Positions 55,802 to 64,000 of a DNA stretch of 64,000 bases are shown here, in pieces. Origin of the DNA: an uncultured Bacillota bacterium (lineage in GTDB: Bacteria; Bacillota_I; Bacilli_A; RFN20; CAG-288); NCBI GenBank assembly GCA_949300365.1, contig CASGEC010000001.1:249980-313979 (forward strand), given 5' to 3'. The number at the start of each line of letters is the position of its first letter. Position 1 is the first letter of the stretch. Position numbers and translations under genes: made by a program. The notes beneath the pieces are model-generated. The model made no database searches. It was not told the DNA's origin and saw nothing but the letters and a program-made list of their open reading frames with translations.

Positions 55802-56842
55802 ATGCCCGGTTATTGGATTGCTATCCTTGTCGTCTTGGCCGTTCTTTTCCTTTATTTCGCTCTAGCGATGGTCCTGTTTGCCATCGTCCTAAGGAAAACC
55901 CTCTGGGTCCGTGGCGAGGATCCAAAGAACCCCTGTTACCTCCGCTTCTCCGACTATCGGGACGTTTTGGAAAGGAAGCCCTACGAGGCATTCTATTACG
56001 GAAAGAAAATCGCCGGCTTCCTCTACAAGGAAAAGGGACGGACGTCCTTCAAGGGCTTTGTCATCCTCTCCCACGGGTTCTTCGGAACGCATCTGCAGTA
56101 CCTCATCGACATCGACATGCTCGCAAGGATGGGCTATGTCGTCTTGGCCTATGACCAATATGGCGTCGGTTTTTCCGAAGGCAGGAACCAGGATAGCTTC
56201 GGTACGGGAATCTATGTCCTTGAGAATGTCATTTCGGATGTCGAGAAAAGAAATGTCAATGACGGCCTTCCGATCATCCTCTATGGCCACTCCTGGGGCG
56301 GCTATTGTGTTATCGGCGCCTTGAAAAAGCATCCTGAGATCAAGATGGCTATCTCACGGTCTGGCTTCCTCTCCCCGACGAAGACCGGACTGGATGCCTT
56401 GAATCTTGTCAGCAAGGCCTTCTACTACTTCATGGCACCGGCTGTCTATCCGGTCTCCTTCCTTCTTCTGGGACGAAGGAACATGATCAATGCCAAGAGA
56501 GGACTGACAAACGGCAAGACGAAAATCCTTCTCCTCTATAGTATGGACGACAAGATGGTCCTTCCCAAGAACGCCATCGCCACCTATTGCCAGAAGAAGC
56601 ACATTCCCAATTGCGAGAGCATCATCCTGGAAAAGGGCGGCCACAACAACCTTCTGACGGAGGAATCCACGACGAAGTACCATGACCTGGTGAAGAAATA
56701 CCAGGAAATCGAGAAGATAGCGGACAAAGAGGAAAGAAAAAAGCGGGAAGAGACCTTCGTCGGATCCCTTCACCGCCGGGAATACTATCGCTTGGACGAG
56801 TCGCTCGTCGAGAAGTTGCGCCTATTCCTCGAAGAGAACTGA
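55802..56842 (+). CDS. Alpha/beta hydrolase with N-terminal membrane anchor
   Basis: N-terminal TM WIAILVVLAVLFLYFALAMVLFAIVL and nucleophile elbow GHSWGG. 346 aa. Confidence 0.75.
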   Translation: MPGYWIAILVVLAVLFLYFALAMVLFAIVLRKTLWVRGEDPKNPCYLRFSDYRDVLERKPYEAFYYGKKIAGFLYKEKGRTSFKGFVILSHGFFGTHLQYLIDIDMLARMGYVVLAYDQYGVGFSEGRNQDSFGTGIYVLENVISDVEKRNVNDGLPIILYGHSWGGYCVIGALKKHPEIKMAISRSGFLSPTKTGLDALNLVSKAFYYFMAPAVYPVSFLLLGRRNMINAKRGLTNGKTKILLLYSMDDKMVLPKNAIATYCQKKHIPNCESIILEKGGHNNLLTEESTTKYHDLVKKYQEIEKIADKEERKKREETFVGSLHRREYYRLDESLVEKLRLFLEEN

Positions 56843-58081
56843 GGCGTAGTTCTTCTTTCCCCTCTTGACGAAGACATATCTGCCAGGGAGGGCATCCTCC
56901 TTCGTGAGGACCTTCTCCAGGTCGGTGACCTTTTCGCCGTTGATCTTGACCGCGCCGTTCTTGATGAATTCGCGGCTTTCACGACGGGAAGAGGCAAGCT
57001 TCATCTGGATGAGGGCATCGACAAGGGGAAGGGACTCCTTCGTCTTAAGGAGGACCAGGCCATCGGTAAGCTGGGAAAGCTCCTTCTCGCCAAGGCCGTG
57101 GAAGTCATCGGAGAAGAGAGCCGTGGACATCCTCAGGCAGGACTCGGCCGCTTCCTTTCCATGGAGGGAGGTGACGATGGTCTTGGCCAGCTCCTTCTGT
57201 CCCTGACGGAGTTCCGGATGGGCCATGTGCCCCTCATAGAGGGCATCGATTTCCTCGATGGGACGATCGTCGAAGATATAGAGATACTTGCGGACATCCG
57301 TATCGGAGACGTTCATGAAGTACTGGTAGATACGATAGGGCGAGGTCATTTCCGGATCGAGATAGAGGGCGCCGTTCTCGCTCTTTCCGAACTTCTTGCC
57401 GTTGGCATCGGTAATCAGCTTGAAGGAGAAGACTTCGGCCTCGGCCTCGTTGCCAAGGCTTCTGCGGACGAAGTCGAGGGAGGTGGTCAGGTTTCCCCAC
57501 TGGTCGCCACCGCCAAACTGGATCTGACATCCCTCGTCCTTGTAGAGACGGAGGAAATCCCCGGACTGGAGGATCATGTAGCTGAACTCGGTATAGGAAA
57601 TGCCGACCTCAAGACGGGACTTGACGACTTCCTTGGAGAGCATGTAGTTGACCTGGAACTTCTTGCCGTATTCGCGAAGGAAATCCAGGACGTTCGTCTT
57701 GCTCCACCAGTCGTAGTTGTTGACTATGATGCCTTTCTCGGGATCGGTCGTATCGATGTACTTGGAAAGCTGCTTGCGGATGCATTCGGCGTTTTCCTTC
57801 ACCTGGCCGCCTTCCAGGAACTTTCTTTCGCTTTGCTTTCCCGAAGGATCGCCGATCATGCCCGTCGCTCCGCCCAGGACGGCGATGACGCGGTGTCCTG
57901 CCTTCTGGAAGCGGCGAAGGATATTGATCATGATGAAGTTGCCAAGCTGAAGGGACTTGGCAGAGGGATCGAATCCGCAATAGACGGTCCTTTTCGTCTT
58001 GAGCATCTCCTTGATCTTCTTCTCGTCGGAGAAGCTCTCCAGCAAGCCTCTTCTTTCAAGGTCTTCGATTAGGTCGAACAT
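56822..58081 (-). CDS. tyrS: Tyrosine-tRNA ligase
   Basis: The sequence at the expected HIGH position is degenerate (SLQLGNF). Other features are GGATGMIGDPSGK, KFGKS (KMSKS) and a C-terminal S4 domain. Confidence 0.95.
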   Translation of the reverse strand: MFDLIEDLERRGLLESFSDEKKIKEMLKTKRTVYCGFDPSAKSLQLGNFIMINILRRFQKAGHRVIAVLGGATGMIGDPSGKQSERKFLEGGQVKENAECIRKQLSKYIDTTDPEKGIIVNNYDWWSKTNVLDFLREYGKKFQVNYMLSKEVVKSRLEVGISYTEFSYMILQSGDFLRLYKDEGCQIQFGGGDQWGNLTTSLDFVRRSLGNEAEAEVFSFKLITDANGKKFGKSENGALYLDPEMTSPYRIYQYFMNVSDTDVRKYLYIFDDRPIEEIDALYEGHMAHPELRQGQKELAKTIVTSLHGKEAAESCLRMSTALFSDDFHGLGEKELSQLTDGLVLLKTKESLPLVDALIQMKLASSRRESREFIKNGAVKINGEKVTDLEKVLTKEDALPGRYVFVKRGKKNYASVLFEE

Positions 58082-58135
58082 ATCTGCCTCCTATCTCAGT
58101 CGTGTGGTTTTGACAGAAGGATAGTATATACGATA

Positions 58136-58435
58136 TCAAGGCAATTTTCGATAGTGGACGTAGTCCCTCTGGACGCTCTTTCCCGTCAGCAAGAGCGCCC
58201 TTGAGGACTTCAGGCGGAAGGAGACCTTGTTCTCCTCGCCGACAGAGCAGCCCGAGAGACAGACATAGACGATGTCCTTTGGAAGACCTTCCGATGCCCT
58301 TTTCTCCGAGGAGAGGTTTTCCTGGACAAGGACGCTATAGCTATCGGCCCTTTTCAGGAATGCCTGGGCGGAAAGGACGTCCAGAAATGCGGCAAAGAGA
58401 AGGGGAAAAAGGGCAAGGTAGATGAGACGCGTCAT
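58136..58435 (-). CDS. Hypothetical small protein with an N-terminal signal/anchor (99 aa)
   Basis: MTRLIYLALFPLLFAAFLDVLSAQAF; ATGA overlap with the upstream gene. Confidence 0.55.
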   Translation of the reverse strand: MTRLIYLALFPLLFAAFLDVLSAQAFLKRADSYSVLVQENLSSEKRASEGLPKDIVYVCLSGCSVGEENKVSFRLKSSRALLLTGKSVQRDYVHYRKLP

Positions 58436-59040
58436 GGCGTGATCCCTCCAAGATAGGCAAGGCTTACAAGGATCAGGAAAAGGACGATGAGAAACGGGAA
58501 GACCTCCAGAGACAGGCTGTCCTCCTCCTCTTTTGGAAGGAGCTTTCCAAGCGGCACGATCTCGTCTAGATCCAGATCCTTTGCGGAATAAAGAAGCAGA
58601 ACCCTGTCGACCGCTTCCTCGGCCTGGAAGGTGTTGTCATAAAGGAGACATTCCCTTGTCAAGGATCCTGCCTCGAGACAATTGACGATTTCATCCTTGT
58701 CCTTTGAGATGTCCATTTCCTCTAAAGCCATGGTCATCGCCTTATCGCTTTCCTTCTCAAGCGAGGCGAAGAGATAGAAGTCCTTGAGGAACTTCTCCCT
58801 TTCCGGATGCCTTTCCTTTTCCTTTTCCGGAAGCAGGAGATAGGTAAGGACAAAGCCGCTTAAGGGAAGAAGGAAGACCAGGACCGGCTTTTGCAGAAGG
58901 AAGCCTATGGCGATACCAAGAAGGAGAAAGAGGAGGACGACGGTAAGGAGCGCCTTCGTTTTCTTTCCGCCCGTGCTTTTCTTTTCGCTTTCCTTCCTTT
59001 CCTTCTTGTGGGAGAGGATTCCCTTTACCTTTTCAAGCAT
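58432..59040 (-). CDS. Hypothetical membrane protein (202 aa; TM pair, about 110-aa acidic cytoplasmic domain, C-terminal TM)
   Basis: The start overlaps the upstream gene by 8 nt. Topology was inferred from the hydrophobic segments. Confidence 0.6.
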   Translation of the reverse strand: MLEKVKGILSHKKERKESEKKSTGGKKTKALLTVVLLFLLLGIAIGFLLQKPVLVFLLPLSGFVLTYLLLPEKEKERHPEREKFLKDFYLFASLEKESDKAMTMALEEMDISKDKDEIVNCLEAGSLTRECLLYDNTFQAEEAVDRVLLLYSAKDLDLDEIVPLGKLLPKEEEDSLSLEVFPFLIVLFLILVSLAYLGGITP

Positions 59041-59716
59041 GCTTTCTTCCTCCTAAACGCAGAAGACTGGACAAGTAGATGCAGGGAACAAGAAGGGAAA
59101 GGACAAGGAGGACAAGAAGAACAAGGACGCCGTTCTTGTCCTTGAGGGAGAGGTTCGAAAAGAGGCTCACGGCAAGAAGGAAAAGGGCAAGGAAGGAGGA
59201 GACGATTGCCAGGGCTACCTTCCTTTTTCTTTGGTCCTCCTTGAGGAGATCCTCCTTCTTCTTGATCGCTTCCTGCACTTCCCCGATCAGGATCCTGTAG
59301 TCGGGAAGGTAGGCTTCGTTTGCCGCGTCCTTTCGTGCCACGTAGAGAAGATAGGGTGAGAAGGGACCAAGGCCATAGGGCGAGAGGGTCATGGCGGAGA
59401 TGTCCGCAAGCGGGACAGGGGTATAGTAGCCGACAAGAAGGCTTGTGCTTTCCCGATAGGCATCCTGGATTCCCTTTCCGCGCGCAATCTTGGAAAGGAA
59501 CGACGAGAAGAAGGAAAGCGAGGCGAGGCTTTTCATGTTCCTGTCGTAGCTCTTCTTCCACTGGCAGAGGAGAAGCAGGGTCAGCGTGACGGAGAGAAGA
59601 AGAAGCAGGAGCAGGAAAATCCCGTTGGGCGACAGAAAGAGGGTCATGACGATAACGAGGAAGGCGGAGAGGACTTCCCTCCTTTCCTCCCGAAAGAGTC
59701 TTTTGATCGTATCCAT
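59033..59716 (-). CDS. Hypothetical membrane protein (227 aa; TM pair, about 110-aa cytoplasmic domain, TM pair)
   Basis: GGGAGG SD. Its architecture is similar to that of the downstream neighbour. Confidence 0.6.
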   Translation of the reverse strand: MDTIKRLFREERREVLSAFLVIVMTLFLSPNGIFLLLLLLLSVTLTLLLLCQWKKSYDRNMKSLASLSFFSSFLSKIARGKGIQDAYRESTSLLVGYYTPVPLADISAMTLSPYGLGPFSPYLLYVARKDAANEAYLPDYRILIGEVQEAIKKKEDLLKEDQRKRKVALAIVSSFLALFLLAVSLFSNLSLKDKNGVLVLLVLLVLSLLVPCIYLSSLLRLGGRKHA

Positions 59717-59765
59717 ATCATCCTCCCTTCACCTCTTATTGGGAGGCAAAAGGGAAAACGTCAAG

Positions 59766-60128
59766 TCATTTTGCCAAAAGCAGGCAAAGGTCGCCGATGG
59801 CTTTCTTCTTGATCCGGTAGAAGGGGGAGCGGGAATAGGCGTCCTGGAAGGTCTCCTCCTTGCTCTCCAAAAAGAGCGTCCGATAGAGGAAGGAACCTTC
59901 CTGCCGTCCGATGGCATTGAGGGCGAAGAGGATGCCGATGACGAAGCGGACAATCGGCGCGATCTCAGCGGGATAGCCAAGGTCGATGACGTTCATAAGC
60001 TCATTGGGCGTCGGAAGGCTTCCCTTGTTGGCAAAAAGACGCAGGAAAGTCTCCGGGCTGTGGAGGACAAGACGCACGCTTGCGCTTTTGAAGCGCTTGG
60101 CCAGGGCCAGAATGCTTTTTTCGTCCAT
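59766..60128 (-). CDS. Hypothetical protein (120 aa)
   Basis: The ATG at 60128 is preceded by an AGGAG SD; the track ATG at 60149 has none. One central hydrophobic stretch, IAPIVRFVIGILFALNAI. Confidence 0.5.
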   Translation of the reverse strand: MDEKSILALAKRFKSASVRLVLHSPETFLRLFANKGSLPTPNELMNVIDLGYPAEIAPIVRFVIGILFALNAIGRQEGSFLYRTLFLESKEETFQDAYSRSPFYRIKKKAIGDLCLLLAK

Positions 60129-60209
60129 GGATGTACTCCTTTTCCCCATATAAGCCCAAAGGAGGCAAAAAGGGAAGCAGAAAGTTGTACAAGACGAAAA
60201 AAGGAAAAA

Positions 60210-61289
60210 TCAGATTAGCTCCAGAAGGATCGTGTCCATGACGTAGAGGAGGTCCTTCCTTATGAAGACGCGGCCGTCTTCAAGACAGAGGGAACCCTGT
60301 AGCTTATCGATAGCCTTCTTGTGGGAGACGATGAAATCCTCATGGAAAAGCCCCTGGTATTCTCTAAGGGAAAAGCCATCGGCAAGGCGGAGGTTGAGCA
60401 TGAGATATTCCGTCTTTCTTTCCTCGAGGGAGACTTTCTCCGTGCTGCGGACGTTTCTTCCCTTGAGGTAATCCGTGATGGAGCGCGTGTTCTGGTAGCG
60501 GATCGAGGAGACAAAGCCGCTTGCCCCCATTCCGCAGCCATAGTATTCCTTGTCGTGCCAGTAGGTGAGATTGTGCTTGGATTCCTTTCCGGGGCGGGAG
60601 AAGTTCGAGACCTCATAGCGGAAGAAGCCTTCCTTCTCCAGACGGGAGCAGATAGCCTCATAGGTCTGGGCCAGGGAATCATCGTCGACGAGCGTGCCCA
60701 ATTCCCCCAAAAGCGTGTTGTCCTCGATCTGCAGGGAATAGAAGGAGAGATGGGACGGGGAAAGGGAGAGGGCAAAGTCGATGTCTCTCAAAGAATCCTC
60801 TTTCGTTGTCTTGGGATAGCCATAGATGAAATCGAGATTGATGTTGTCGATGCCGGCCTTCCGGATCCTCTTAACCGCCTGGATGACGTCTTTAGGCGTA
60901 TGTTTTCTTCCCATGGAGGAGAGGATATCCTCCCGATAGGACTGAACGCCAAGGGAAATCCTGTTGACGCCGAAGGAAGCAAAAAGATCAACCTTCTCCT
61001 GGGTCAGGGATTCGGGATTGGCCTCGATCGTGAATTCCTCGATGGGGGAAAAGCCAGAGAGATAGGAAAGAAGGTCTCGCAGCTCCTCAAGGGAGAGACT
61101 CGTCGGTGTTCCTCCGCCAAGATAGATTGTCTTGAGACTTCCCTTGGGGACATGAAAGGAATCGATTTCCTCCTTGACCCTCTGGATGTAGAGGGATTTG
61201 TCGAAGTACTTCGAAAAGACCTTTGGGAAATCGCAATAGGCGCAGATATGGTCGCAGAAGGGAATGTGGATATAAAGGCTCTCGATCAT
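60210..61289 (-). CDS. hemW: Radical SAM heme chaperone HemW (HemN-like, oxygen-independent coproporphyrinogen oxidase family)
   Basis: LYIHIPFCDHICAYCDF radical-SAM motif, 359 aa, downstream of lepA as in Bacillus. Confidence 0.92.
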   Translation of the reverse strand: MIESLYIHIPFCDHICAYCDFPKVFSKYFDKSLYIQRVKEEIDSFHVPKGSLKTIYLGGGTPTSLSLEELRDLLSYLSGFSPIEEFTIEANPESLTQEKVDLFASFGVNRISLGVQSYREDILSSMGRKHTPKDVIQAVKRIRKAGIDNINLDFIYGYPKTTKEDSLRDIDFALSLSPSHLSFYSLQIEDNTLLGELGTLVDDDSLAQTYEAICSRLEKEGFFRYEVSNFSRPGKESKHNLTYWHDKEYYGCGMGASGFVSSIRYQNTRSITDYLKGRNVRSTEKVSLEERKTEYLMLNLRLADGFSLREYQGLFHEDFIVSHKKAIDKLQGSLCLEDGRVFIRKDLLYVMDTILLELI

Positions 61290-62572
61290 TTGCCCGTGCT
61301 GTCATCCTTCATCGGGATGGGCGTATAGACGAACCTCTTTCCCTGCTGCTCCTTCTTGTAGAAGCCCTTCTTGGCAAGGGACTCCATCGACGAACGCGCG
61401 GTCTCGTAGACGGTCAGTTCCTCCTTGCGGAAATCCTCGATCGTATAGAAGGAACCGATCGTGCAATGGCCGGCATAGAAGTGGGCTTCCTTCTTCCTAA
61501 GGAATGGATAGATCTCAAGCAGTTTCTTTGCCCGTTCCTCGACGATTTTCCTCTCCTCGCCTTTCTGGAAGGATGGAAGAGCCAATTCCGAATCAAGAGC
61601 GGAAGGTTCTTCCGTTGTGGCATCTTTCTGGGCGGCTTCCTTCTGGCATTCCTCAAGAAGCTTGTGGATACCTTCCTCGTCCTTGGAAAGGAAGGGGAGG
61701 ACAAAGGCGAGGACGTATGTCAGATCCAAGGTGTTCTGCGTTTCCGCAAGCCGTTGGTAGAAACGCTTCGAGCGGGCAAAGAGGATCGATTCGAAGTCCA
61801 TGCAAAGGCCGATGACATCCAGTCCGGAATGGAAAAGGAAGTTCTTGATGAAAAGGGCACCCGTCTCCTCGTTCATGTATTCGAAGGGAAGGGCGGAGAG
61901 GAAGTAGTAGGGGGAAAGGACGGCGCGTGCCAAAAGGGGAATGTCCTTCTGCTTCAGAAAGAGGAAGTAGGAAGTGAGACTATTCTTTATTTTCTCGGGA
62001 AGAGGATGACAGAGGGTGTTGACGACGCTTTCGGCATTTCCCTTGCGGAGGAGAGGAACGTCTCCCTTTTCCCCTTGGATGGCGTTGTTGAGCTCAAAGA
62101 GGGAACTTTCCTCGGGAAGGAAGGAGGGCGTATCGAAGGCGTGGGCATATTCCCCGAGGAGGAAGAGGCTTGTCGGGACGTTCTCGATCTCGTTTTTGGC
62201 AATCCTTTCCAATGTCCCCTCGCTTGGGATCTTCTCCAAAGCATGGTGGGAAAGGGCAAGAAGGGATGAGGTCTTTCTTTTAAGGAGGAAGCTTTCCTTG
62301 GCCTTTTTTGAAAGGGAAAGGTAGAGGACAACATCCTTGAAGAGACTCTCTTCAAGGGAATAGCATTCGCTGAGGATTGCCGGCGAGAGGACAAGGAAGT
62401 AGGCGTTGTCGTCCTTGTCGCGCAATTCGGTGTCGCAGGAAAAGCTGGCCCTGTAGGAAAGGACCTTGTCCCATTCCCTCTGGACGTTTTCCTTGTTGTA
62501 GATGGCCTTGACCTCTTCCTTGGTGGCATAGGCAAGGTCCGTGAATCTTTTTCCTTCGTCGGTCTTTGGCAT
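61286..62572 (-). CDS. Fic-domain-like protein with a degenerate active-site motif and C-terminal winged helix
   Basis: PFEYMNEETGALF occupies the position of HPFxDGNGRxxR. A Fic_N-like segment IPSEGT is present. The C-terminus YETARSSMESLAKKGFYKKEQQGKRFVY is wHTH-like. ATGA overlap with hemW. Confidence 0.5.
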   Translation of the reverse strand: MPKTDEGKRFTDLAYATKEEVKAIYNKENVQREWDKVLSYRASFSCDTELRDKDDNAYFLVLSPAILSECYSLEESLFKDVVLYLSLSKKAKESFLLKRKTSSLLALSHHALEKIPSEGTLERIAKNEIENVPTSLFLLGEYAHAFDTPSFLPEESSLFELNNAIQGEKGDVPLLRKGNAESVVNTLCHPLPEKIKNSLTSYFLFLKQKDIPLLARAVLSPYYFLSALPFEYMNEETGALFIKNFLFHSGLDVIGLCMDFESILFARSKRFYQRLAETQNTLDLTYVLAFVLPFLSKDEEGIHKLLEECQKEAAQKDATTEEPSALDSELALPSFQKGEERKIVEERAKKLLEIYPFLRKKEAHFYAGHCTIGSFYTIEDFRKEELTVYETARSSMESLAKKGFYKKEQQGKRFVYTPIPMKDDSTGK

Positions 62573-62597
62573 TGTTCCTGTCCTTTCGGATAATTCC

Positions 62598-64000
62598 CTA
62601 TTTTCCTTCGTCGACGGTCAGCATGGCAATGAAGGCTTCCTGAGGCACCTGGACCTTTCCGAATTCCTTCATGCGCTTCTTGCCCCGCTTCTGTTTCTCA
62701 AGGAGCTTCTTCTTTCGCGAGATGTCGCCGCCATAGCACTTGGCAAGGACGTCCTTCCTGACGGCCTTGATATCGCTCCTGGCGATGATCTTCCCGCCGA
62801 TCATGGCCTGGATGGGAATCTCAAACTGCTGGCGGGGGATGACGTCCTTGAGCTTATCGACGACAGCCCGTGCCCGAGAATAGGCAAAGGGGCGGTAGAT
62901 GATCGTCGTCAAGGCATCGACCCGCTCGCCATTGAGGAGGATATCCATGCGGTCGACATCGCTGACTTCATAGTCCAAGGGCTCATAATCGAGGGAGGCA
63001 TAGCCCTGGGAGACGGACTTCAGGCGATCGAAGAAATCGAAGACGATCTCGCTTAAGGGCATCTTGTAAAAGAGCTCCACGCGGGTTTCGTCGATATAGG
63101 TCATGTTCTTGAATTCGCCCCTTTTGTTCTGGCACAGGGTCATGATATTTCCGAGGAATTCCTTGGGGGCCATGACCTTGACATCGGCAAAAGGCTCGGA
63201 GGTCGACTTGATCTTCGTCCTGTCCTTGGGGAAGTCGGCCGGGTTCTGTATCCTTTCGACATGGCCATCGGTGTAGCAGACTTCATAGACGACGGAAGGG
63301 GCCGTGCAGACAAGGTCCAGGTCGTATTCGTCCTCAAGCCTTTCCTGGATGACTTCCATGTGGAGAAGGCCCAAGAAACCGCAACGGAAACCCGACCCCA
63401 AGGCAATGGAGGTTTCCGGCTCATAGACGAGGGCGGCATCGTTAAGGCTGAGCTTGTCCAGGGCATTGTGGAGGTTTTCGAAATCCTGGTTCTCGCTCGG
63501 ATAGAGACCAGCATAGACCATAGGCGTTGTCTTACGGAATCCCTTCAAGGGTTCCATAGCGGGCGCATCGTCTTTGGTGATGGTGTCACCGACAGAGACA
63601 TCCTTGATGTTCTTGATGGAAGCGGCAAGATAGCCGACCTCACCGGCCGAAAGGGAATCGACCTTCTTCTCATCCGGGGTACGAATGCCAAGCTCGGTGA
63701 CCTGGAAGACGGTGTTGTTGGACATGAGACGGATCTTGTCGCCGACGCGGATAGAACCATCGAAGACGCGGATCATGACGACGACACCGCGATAGGAATC
63801 AAACTTGGAGTCGAAGATCAAGGCCTTGAAGTTCTTGTCGGGATCGCCTTTGGGGGCCGGGAGATAGGAGACGATCTTCTCCAGAAGGTCTTCCACGCCT
63901 TGGCCGGTCTTTGCCGATACCTTCAGGCAGAGGTCAGGATCGATGTTGAGCGTGTCGATGAGTTCCAGCTGGCAGTTCTCGACATCGGCCGATGGGAGGT
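62598..64000 (-). CDS. lepA: Elongation factor 4 (LepA), C-terminal about 467 codons; N-terminus lies beyond the window end
   Basis: VSAKTGQGVEDLLEKIVSYLPAPKGD... through the LepA-specific C-terminal domain. The frame stays open to position 64000. The track M at 63896 is an internal GTG (Val). Confidence 0.95.
   Translation of the reverse strand, partial: LPSADVENCQLELIDTLNIDPDLCLKVSAKTGQGVEDLLEKIVSYLPAPKGDPDKNFKALIFDSKFDSYRGVVVMIRVFDGSIRVGDKIRLMSNNTVFQVTELGIRTPDEKKVDSLSAGEVGYLAASIKNIKDVSVGDTITKDDAPAMEPLKGFRKTTPMVYAGLYPSENQDFENLHNALDKLSLNDAALVYEPETSIALGSGFRCGFLGLLHMEVIQERLEDEYDLDLVCTAPSVVYEVCYTDGHVERIQNPADFPKDRTKIKSTSEPFADVKVMAPKEFLGNIMTLCQNKRGEFKNMTYIDETRVELFYKMPLSEIVFDFFDRLKSVSQGYASLDYEPLDYEVSDVDRMDILLNGERVDALTTIIYRPFAYSRARAVVDKLKDVIPRQQFEIPIQAMIGGKIIARSDIKAVRKDVLAKCYGGDISRKKKLLEKQKRGKKRMKEFGKVQVPQEAFIAMLTVDEGK

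Noticed and set aside
58082-58135. Search for a T-box riboswitch upstream of tyrS.
   Set aside because: The intergenic space is only 54 nt and has no specifier, T-box or antiterminator features. The absence is reported as a finding instead.
58432-59716. Calling the 227-aa and 202-aa membrane proteins TadB/TadC or a Tad pilus locus.
   Set aside because: There is only a topological resemblance. No ATPase, pilin or prepilin peptidase gene is nearby, and no conserved GspF motif could be verified by eye. They are kept as hypothetical proteins with a flagged hypothesis.

Overview
This window is chromosomal core DNA from a Bacillota (Firmicutes) genome with Bacilli-type synteny and moderately high G+C. 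The assignment to an Erysipelotrichia-like or wall-reduced Bacilli lineage is inference only. Minus-strand block 1-7687: ymcA-like, miaB, spoVS, ymdB, rny, recA, cinA-C/pncC, pgsA, an RNase P RNA (rnpB) that is absent from the ORF track, and gpsB. Next come a marR-exonuclease-recU operon, a surface-anchored nuclease, a Cof phosphatase, a phosphosugar mutase, and an rluD-like gene translationally coupled to three unknown membrane or helical proteins. Six tRNA genes are present (Ser-GGA, Leu-UAG, Arg-CCG, Arg-CCU, Leu-CAG, Thr-CGU). Two of them (Ser-GGA, Leu-CAG) are followed by AT-rich, ORF-poor decayed islands carrying a MutH/Sau3AI-family endonuclease 3' fragment and a frameshifted HTH fragment. 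Positions 30118-45163 hold the complete S10-spc-alpha ribosomal protein cluster (rpsJ to rplQ with secY, adk, map, infA and the untracked rpmJ). It has no rpmD, and many r-proteins carry charged extensions. The rest contains cmk-der-gpsA, an Fe-ADH, hup, a short CCA-transferase-like gene, dnaD-nth, clpB behind a CIRCE operator, a hydrolase, tyrS, four small membrane proteins, hemW, a degenerate Fic-like protein and partial lepA. No CRISPR array, transposase or intact prophage was seen. The most unusual items are an ORF that exactly fills a tRNA-operon spacer, two uncharacterised translationally coupled membrane modules, and the Fic-like pseudoenzyme in the lepA-hemW operon.
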